Below are positions 54,602 to 64,000 of a stretch of 64,000 nucleotides of DNA, one piece after another (the first letter of the stretch is position 1; every line of letters starts with the position of its first letter). The position numbers and the translations under genes were made by a program. Origin of the DNA: Octopus sinensis (lineage: Eukaryota); contig NC_043004.1 of NCBI RefSeq assembly GCF_006345805.1, positions 12,462,001-12,526,000 of the forward strand, in the 5' to 3' direction. Under the pieces are notes generated by a model that ran no database searches, was not told where the DNA came from, and saw only the letters and a program-made list of their open reading frames with translations.

Positions 54602-55159
54602 CTCGCTGTACTCTTTCACCACAACTTTCTCTCACTCCTTCTTCCTACTTCTGCCACAAAGCAGAGGAACGATCGTGTAACCCACTATGGTGTGGTAAAC
54701 TTTCAGACCCTAGTCTAGATTTCGAATCCTCTGTACCCAAGAATGGTTCAGCTCTCCACCCGTTAAAAGCCACAGTTTACGGAATGAGAATAACAACGTA
54801 GCTTTCGCGCTCGTGCAACCGCCAGTCTATTGCATGTGGTGGGTGGATCTTCAAGTTGCCACACGCATTCTTAATAGCTTAGAGTAGACTCGAATTAGAG
54901 ATTATTCTTTGTGGCTAATGGTATGAGTCCTAATTGGAAGAAGAAGAAGAAGAAGAAGAAGAAGAAGAAGAGAGCAAGAACAGCAGAAAGAACATAATAA
55001 ACAGCAGCGTATATAGAGTTGTTGAGGAGAAGGAAGAAGGAAGAGGATAAGAAAAGTTGAAGAGGAGTGTCATGTCTGGAATGAATTTGATCAAATTTTG
55101 CTCAATCAGGACTGACCTTGGACTCACTACAAACATGAACAACAACCACACAGGAAATA

Positions 55160-55715
55160 TTGGGTTGTCCGGATAGTTCGTGCTGATTTATAATAGCTCA
55201 CCTTTCGACATATTTTAGAACATGGTTGAGTCCATAAAATAGGATTTGACTGCACCTCCATTTAGAGCACAGTTTAAGCTATCTTTTCGTGGAAGAAGGT
55301 TTATGTTCCTATAACCTGTGTTAATTCTGTAACCCTTTAAAATGGAAGATAAGAAAGCTAATTTTCGGCACTTGATGCTTTGGGAACCAGACAAAAATTG
55401 CTGCACAACGGCTGCGATGTGTTACCCCTCCCTCCATATTCCCTAGATATTGCTCCTTCGGATTTCCACTTCTTCAGGTCTCTGCAGAATAGTCTTAATG
55501 GTAAAAATTTCAATTCCTTGGATGACGTAAAAAGATACCTTGATGAACTCTTTGCCATGAATTCTGGGAAGAGGGTATTTTCAAGTTAAAAGAAAGATGG
55601 AGACGCATTGTGCAACAAAATGGTTCATAGTTGGTTGATTAAAAATGTAAGGGCAAGTATTTATTGACCTTTTTCTTTCCTTTAAAAATCGGCACGAACT
55701 TTCCGGGCAACCCAA
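55160..55715 (+). mobile_element. Internally deleted mariner (556 bp)
   Basis: TA flanks; termini TTGGGTTGTCCGGATAGTTCGTGCTGATTT / reverse complement TTGGGTTGCCCGGAAAGTTCGTGCCGATTT; C-terminal PPYSLDIAPSDFHFFRSLQNSL motif. Confidence 0.9.
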
Positions 55716-56264
55716 TAGCTAACGCAGCACTATGTTCTAACAGCTGGTATGAGTAACAATTTTGGATTAAAATTTCATTCAACGTATCTTTACACAGTGG
55801 AACACTTCGTTTTTGGCTTTCGTCCAGAAATTATTATTGTAATTCATCAGAACAATTCTATAAAAACAAAACAAACAGAAAATGAAGTGAAAAACAAAAT
55901 AAAAAAATGAAAAGAATAGAAGAAATATAGAAAGGGGTCCCCAAAAGGTCTAGTAAACTCAGAGAAGCTATCTGCAGAGATATTCCTGTACAACAGACGC
56001 AGCATTCATGCGTAACTTGGTAATTTCCCTTCATAAAAACAGCAATGTTATTTAATTGCATACAGAATGTTTTAATAGGCGCAAATTATACATCGGCGCC
56101 ATTACTGCAGCGCTTGAGCCGTCTAGCTTCTGATCTATGGTCTGAATCGATCTGTTTGAATTTCAGAAATAAATGCAGAAACGCAATAAATAAATATATA
56201 AATATAAATAAATAAATAAATAAATAATGGAATAAAGAGAAATATATTAATAACAATTAATAAC

Positions 56265-56307
<43 letters not shown>

Positions 56308-56351
56308 TAATAATTGTTTCTAGCATAGTAACGATAATGATAATAATAATA

Positions 56352-56388
<37 letters not shown>

Positions 56389-56453
56389 TAATAATAATTG
56401 TTTCTAGCATAGTAACGATAATGATAATACTAATTGTAATAATAATAATAATA

Positions 56454-56504
<51 letters not shown>

Positions 56505-56689
56505 TGGTGATGATGATGATGATAAGAATTTGATAATACTACTAATAATAATGAGTTTTCGAGAGAGATGCTAAATTTAATAGAGAGATTCTTCTGTATC
56601 GGAAAAGCGAAATATTTCAACATCCATAAATCAGTTATTATTACATGACGCATACTAGGTTTGTTTTCGCTTGATCGTAGGTTGTTTTT

Positions 56690-57430
<741 letters not shown>

Positions 57431-59275
57431 TTGGTGGTGGTATTGTTGTTGTTTAGCGCCAACCCAGTGAGGACACAACAGACCTATAATCAAAGACAAT
57501 CCAGTCATGACAGCCAATCTTTTTTATCAGGGAATATATAATTCAATGTGATCCATTTCTTATTTAAGATGGCTGTGTACAATCTATAGGAGGTTTCGCT
57601 GCTATTTTAGCAGCATGAATGACCAGGTAGATGAGTCCATTTTTTAAAAAAAAAATGTTTGTTAATCAAGTGCAATATAACATCTTTGTAATCAAGTCAA
57701 CGAAAGGGTTTCTATATAAACATTCAACCTGTTATGAATAAAAACAATAGCTAAATTTCGTTTAGAATCACACGTACCCCTTCTTAAAGGAAGATGATAA
57801 GATCGTGGCTGCTTTTGATCTCTGATCTGTTCACTATTAACCTAAGGATAAGCATCTTCAAAACCCACAAATCTGAAACTATTGATAAGTTCTAAATGTT
57901 TTTACCAGAGATTTGAGGGGTCACTTGTTTGCTGACACCATCTGTCTTTACCAGAATACTATTTCTGTTTTGTTTTGTGTGTGTTTTTAGGTTTTATTAC
58001 GATGATTCAGATTCAGTTCCGAGGCAGTAAGTTGATGCTACATATCTGTGACAATGAAATTGTAACTGGAAGATATTAGACGCTAGGAAATGATGTGAAT
58101 CCACGAAATTTATTAAATTTTATAACCAAACTTCGTTTTGTTGATACTCTTTCAGACCTAAAATGCACCCTGATAGAGCACATAAAATATGTTCCAGCTT
58201 TGAGCTACCATTCCACGATTTAGAATATCAGGGACTACATGGTCATATCGGATTTTTTTTTTACGCTAGGTCATAATGTAAGGGAGATATGCGTAATAAT
58301 TTCAAGCAGATCAAACTACATGATAGTAACCATTCGGTTAGATTTTCTGAGATGCTATTATCAATTCAAATTATTCTTCGCGCTCAATTCCATGTCAATG
58401 TGTATCGAGAAGACCTTTGTTCAAAGTTAGTCGAAACCATTTCGTCATAATGTAGTCTTATTTATGATTATATGATAAAATGTTTATTTTTAAAGATGGT
58501 AGAGCGTGATTTGAGGCAAATTTATTTGCTATTTATTGAAATCTAACAACGAAGTAGAGATTTTCTTATTGTCTCGATATTATACGATGCCTAGAGAACA
58601 AATATCACAGAAACACCAACTGCATTTACAACAACAGATTGGTCGGTGTTGACAGGTTTCGGTTACAGATTATTAAGAAACTAACTAGAAAGAGTCATTT
58701 CTGTGGCGAGGATCGCGTAAGGGGAGATAACTCTGCGCTGTTGAACTGATCGCAAATAGTCGAAATAATTAAAAAACTGAGAATCAATCAAACGTTGAGT
58801 TCTTATCTCTTCAGTGTTTGATCAATTATTCGAAAATGACAACATAAATTCGTTTACTTAGCTACAGATGTCTTGCATACATTTCATAATTTACTACATA
58901 GAATATGCGCAGTGATAACGGTGTGATACAGAAACTCGTTTTGTAACCACGCGGTTGCGGTTTCAGTTGCGCTGCGTGTCAACTTGGGCACGTGTCTTGT
59001 ATTATATCCCTGGTCAACCAATACCATATTAGCGAATTTGGTAAACGAAGTGTGTGAGAAAACTTGTCATATGTGTGTGAGTGTGTGTGAGTGTCTGTGT
59101 ATGTGCGTGTGTATCTTTGCGTCGATATTTGTTACCTGCGACGGCTTTACAGCGCTGGTTTGTTTACGTTCTTTGAGTAAGTACCAGACTTTGTAACTAA
59201 GTATTCGAGTTGCTATGTTTCGCTAAATCCCTTCAAGTCGATTCCCCAGAATAGCCGCAGTTTAATGGTTGAAAC

Positions 59276-59317
<42 letters not shown>

Positions 59318-59577
59318 TCCTAATATGGTGAAGAATGATTATGGCAACTCATGCAATGAAGATATAAGTAGATACCAGTATTGGTTACAAGCTAACGTAT
59401 TAAATTAATACTCTATAGTATTTAGTAATTCTTCTTCTTTTCGTCTTTACTAGCAACACACACACATGCACACACGTGTCTGTATGTAGTACACATTCAT
59501 ATATATAATATATATATACATATAAACACATTTATGTTATATATATATTTATATATACATATAAACACATTTATGTA

Positions 59578-59616
<39 letters not shown>

Positions 59617-59702
59617 AACACATTTATGTATATATATAGATATATATATATATATATATCATATATATTATATATATATATATTATATATATATATATAC
59701 AC

Positions 59703-59733
<31 letters not shown>

Positions 59734-60026
59734 AATGCATTTGTGTATATACAAATACATATATAGATATGTGTGTGTGTGTGTGTATACACACATACAT
59801 GTACACATACACATACACATGGAAACTGAGAAAAAGAAATGGGGGAGAGAGGGATATGAAAATACTGTGCTTTAGTGCGGGATGGTTGCCAATATGAAGA
59901 TTATTGTCTGACTGGCAACCACAAATCATTCAATTTCACAATGCATTACTTCCGAAAGACTCAAAGGGATCACACTAGGGGCTATAAAGATTCGTTAGTT
60001 ATACGGATCAGTTTATGGAAGAGTGG

Positions 60027-60092
<66 letters not shown>

Positions 60093-60149
60093 TTTAGATA
60101 GACAGGTTATATATACATATATACATACATAGACACACTTACATATACA

Positions 60150-60200
<51 letters not shown>

Positions 60201-60306
60201 ATGTATATATACATATATACATACATACATACATACATACACACATACATACATACATGTATGTATGTATGTTAGTCATATATACATGTACATATTTGAG
60301 ACTGTG

Positions 60307-60352
<46 letters not shown>

Positions 60353-60460
60353 TATATAGAGAGAGAGAGAAAGAGAGGGTAGATAGATAAAGAGATAGGC
60401 TAGATAGATAGATAAACAGACAGACAGACAGACAGACCTACATACAGCAGACAGACAGAC

Positions 60461-60530
<70 letters not shown>

Positions 60531-60665
60531 GTAGATAGACAGACAGAGGGAGAAACTGAGAGAGAGAAATCGATTGATAGTTACTTAAATATTCAAATAG
60601 ACAAAGAGAGAGATGAGAGAAAGAGAGAGACAAGGAAGGATTGGGAACATCAGCATCGTCAACAC

Positions 60666-60697
<32 letters not shown>

Positions 60698-61008
60698 ACA
60701 GAAACACTAACAGCAATTGTACAAATGACAACGATAAAAGTAAAGCAATAAAAGAAATCCAATCACAACAGCTGAAACTAAAAGCTTCACCACTCTCCCC
60801 ACCATTACCGACCCCCACCAACACCACTTATGACAACGCCTACACCGTCGCCACCGTCAAGTACTTTTATTCTTGTAGCTTCTTTCCACGAAATGCCGAT
60901 GTTTGGTACTCGCTACAATCGCCTTACTTTATAATAGTCAATGTCTTAAGCTTTCTCTCGTTCGCCATCTTTTGCATTTCTGGGACCCCTTCTTTTCCTT
61001 CTTATTTA

Positions 61009-61039
<31 letters not shown>

Positions 61040-61105
61040 ATATTATAATATAATATATATATATATATATATTAATCAAAATAAAAACATGATGCCAAGG
61101 ATTCA

Positions 61106-61183
61106 GCGGTACATATGTTTCGGGCCTTTATTAGACGGATTTATAACAATGTATAATGTGTGTCTATGGCCTTCTTCAGCCGC
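61106..61183 (-). ncRNA. Minimal type I hammerhead ribozyme, left-arm copy
   Basis: Mirror image of 61457-61534. Confidence 0.75.
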
Positions 61184-61456
61184 GCACAATTACTACCTCA
61201 AGGACATGTATTACATCCAAAATTCTACGTTGGGGATGCAAATCCTCTCAGTCGCGTACGACATAATGCGGTACCAGCACAAAAATGAAGCGTCCATCCC
61301 GTCCTTCTCTCAATGCTCATTCTACATTGAGAGAAGGACGGGATGGACGCTTCATTTTTGTGCTGGTACCGCATTATGTCGTACGCGACTGAGAGGATTT
61401 GCATCCCCAACATAGAATTTTTGATATAATACATGTCCTTGAGGTAGTAATTGTGC

Positions 61457-61534
61457 GCGGCTGAAGAAGGCCATAGACACACATTATGCATTGTTATAAA
61501 TCCGTCTAATAAAGGCCCGAAACATATGTACCGC
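61457..61534 (+). ncRNA. Minimal type I hammerhead ribozyme, right-arm copy
   Basis: Stem I GCGG/CCGC; core CTGAAGA 61461-67; stem II GGCC/GGCC plus TAGAC/GTCTA (A-C opposition at the base); GAAAC 61519-23; palindromic ACATATGT; predicted GUA cleavage after 61530. Confidence 0.75.
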
Positions 61535-61649
61535 TGAATCCTTGGCATCATGTTTTTATTTTGATTAATTTACTCCACCACCTACACCACCAAACGGTAT
61601 ATACAGGTGCTTACAATTATCAAGTACTCACCCTGAATTTTTGTACCCA

Positions 61650-61692
<43 letters not shown>

Positions 61693-61829
61693 TATATATT
61701 ATATATATATATACATATATATATATAATATATATATAATATATATATATATTATAATATATATAATATATATATATAATATATATATATATACATATAT
61801 ATATAATATTATATTATATATATATAAAT

Positions 61830-62017
61830 GGAGGCGCAATGGCCCAGTGGTTAGGGCAGCGGTTTCGATTCCAAACCGGGCATGTGAGTGTTTATTGAGC
61901 GAAAGCACCTAAAGCTCCACGCGGCTCCGGCAGGAGGTGGGGGCGATCCCTGCTGTACTCTTTCGCCACAACTTTCTCCCACTGTTTCTTCTTTTGGCCT
62001 GCTTGCTTAGCCGGCGT
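61830..62017 (+). mobile_element. tRNA-derived SINE with deleted anticodon region
   Basis: A box TGGCCCAGTGG; B box GTTTCGATTCC; body related to the fragment at 54601-54665. Confidence 0.7.
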
Positions 62018-62043
62018 TATATATATATATATTATATATATTA

Positions 62044-62133
<90 letters not shown>

Positions 62134-63594
62134 GAAATTTGAATTTAGTTCACGGACCCACTTACTACCTTTCCGGACCACCAGGGGTCCACGAACCCCA
62201 GGTTGTGGACCACAGAACTAGAGTCTACGATAATGCTTCTACGTAGTCGTTCGGCTTGTTTAGAAATAACAGACGAATCTTTCTCATATCTCTTTCCGTC
62301 ATCTTAAAAATATTGGTCTTCTTAGACAATGCCCTTCTAGATTATTATTTTTTTCTTTTCTTTTTAGTTAAACACTTAGAGTGGAAAAGAAGCCATACTT
62401 ATGATCATTTGCAAGGCCGCCGAAAGTTGTGAGAGAAAAGTAAGTACTTATCCTCAGTCTCACGATCATACCCGTAATTACAATAGACCGTATACTATTA
62501 GAAGCATCCAGGAGACTAGAAGGGTGGCGTTTAAAGAGACGACGGATTAAGTCTCAATAAAATTCGGATGAATATGTCTGAACAGTAGAGGAATTGGAGT
62601 TAAGGTCAAAATTCCTTGTGTTATGCCTCTACTCCCGCTCTCTGCACTCCATGTTCCAATTTTCCTTTCCATTGCTTCAAGGGCCGATAACTCCCGAGGT
62701 TTGCTTAATGAAATGATACAAAGACAACAAAAACAGCAGTGATAATAGCAACAACAGGTCTGTGCAAAAATGGTCATCATGATTGATTGATAGCAAGGTT
62801 TATTTTATGTAATACAGGCTGGTGTGCATCTCTTTAGAACTAATGCGTCCCTTTAGAACAACTTAAAAAGGAAAGATGCAGCATCATATCGGTGAACCCC
62901 CTCCCCTAGATGACTTTCTTGAGAAGTACATAATAAATCTTATAGAAAATTTCTTAAAGAATATAAAGGTGGTGTTCCGATGTTATCCTTCGGATATTTT
63001 CAAGAAGACACATTTAGCCGGCTGTAGCCATTTGGTGGTGAATTGACAGAAATTGGTGAGTGTACGATAGAATATCTCGCAATATTTTTCCGATACTTTT
63101 CGTTTTGCACTCAAATCCGACCGAGTCCAACATTGCCTTTTACTTTTTCGGAGCCGATTGAAAAATAAACCAATCCAAGCCGCTGGTTTAAAGGAACTGT
63201 AAAACAGATCGAATGTCTAGCAGCCTTTTGCGTTCTCTATACAAATCCGTCCTTGGTCTACTTGTATGGTGCACTTAATCTTTCTTCCAGTTAAATACCA
63301 CCACCTAGAATCTTGGTTGCCTTTGGCACAATCCACTTTGTCACAATCATATTATGTCACCATTTTTATCATCATATCTAGGTGCAACTTTACGAGACCT
63401 CCATAATTGGAGGTCTCGTAAAAGGCCAAGGGCGTTTCCTTTCTTCGTGTAAGAAAGATTGAACCTAGTTTATAAATAGGTATTTACCGAACCTTGAAGC
63501 GATGAAAAGCAAAACTGGAACCTAGAGTGCAGAGAGCTGGAGCGGAAGCATAAAACAAAGAACTTTCAGTCTACTTGCTCACCATGTTTATAAA

Positions 63595-63785
63595 TAGGCG
63601 TAGGAGTGGCTGTGTAGTAAGTAGCTTGCTTACCAACCACATGGTTCCGGGTTCAGTCCCACTGCGTGGCACCTTGGGCAAGTGTCTTCTACTATAGCCT
63701 TGGGCCGACCAAAGCCTTGCGAGTAGGTTATGTAGACGGAAACTGAAAGAAGCACGTCGTATATATGCATATGTTTTATATATAT

Positions 63786-63825
<40 letters not shown>

Positions 63826-64000
63826 CGTGTGCGTATATGTTGGTGTGTCTGTGTTTGTCTCCCATCATCGCTTCACAACCGATGCTGCTGTGTTTACATC
63901 TCCGTAACTTAGCGGTTCGGCAAAAGAGACCGATAAAATAAGTACTAGGCTTACAAAGAATAAGTCCCGGGGTCGATTTGCTCGAGTTAAGGCGGTGCTT
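63595..64000 (+). mobile_element. SINE family A, runs off the window end
   Basis: Head ATAGGCGTAGGAGTGGCTGTG, internal (TA)n, tail to AAGGCGGTGC. Confidence 0.92.

Larger units (their letters stand above)
61071..61569. mobile_element. 499-bp near-perfect palindrome (245-bp arms, 9-nt loop)
   Basis: 61071-61315 vs the reverse complement of 61325-61569: 4 mismatches counted; loop CTCATTCTA; the left end abuts (TA)n. Confidence 0.95.

Noticed and set aside
60903-61551. Mirror ORFs (170 aa on + and 108 aa on -) with near-identical peptides
   Set aside because: A direct consequence of the palindrome; no recognisable protein motif.
62368-62439. Strong acceptor and GTAAGT donor; a similar pair occurs at 25697-25735
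   Set aside because: All three frames of the 72-nt version contain stops; the alternatives are indistinguishable from chance without RNA data.
62547-62780. Cys-rich 77-aa ORF
   Set aside because: Overlaps an old repeat that recurs inverted at about 63490-63565, plus low-complexity sequence.

Overview
Very AT-rich, repeat-saturated eukaryotic DNA with no confidently identifiable host gene. The SINE, LINE and microsatellite landscape resembles an octopod cephalopod genome (inference from repeat style, not from a search). The window is a patchwork of decayed mobile elements: CR1/L2-group LINE fragments, R4/Dong-type LINEs embedded in (TAA)n, Helitron Rep and helicase remnants plus non-autonomous Helitrons, three mariner elements, at least three tRNA-derived SINE families, RTE-type tails and dozens of microsatellites. 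The most interesting signal is not in the ORF track. Reading by eye finds eight minimal type I hammerhead ribozyme motifs at six unrelated ORF-less loci: about 14.1, 16.1, 23.0, 37.9/38.1, 40.5 and 61.1/61.5 kb. Each has a self-complementary stem III, and four loci have an enlarged stem II. They sit in or beside partial tandem or fold-back structures, including a 499-bp near-perfect palindrome with one ribozyme per arm. This architecture fits non-autonomous Penelope-like pLTRs or retrozymes. All coordinates were counted by hand, element boundaries are approximate, and no folding, alignment or database search was run.
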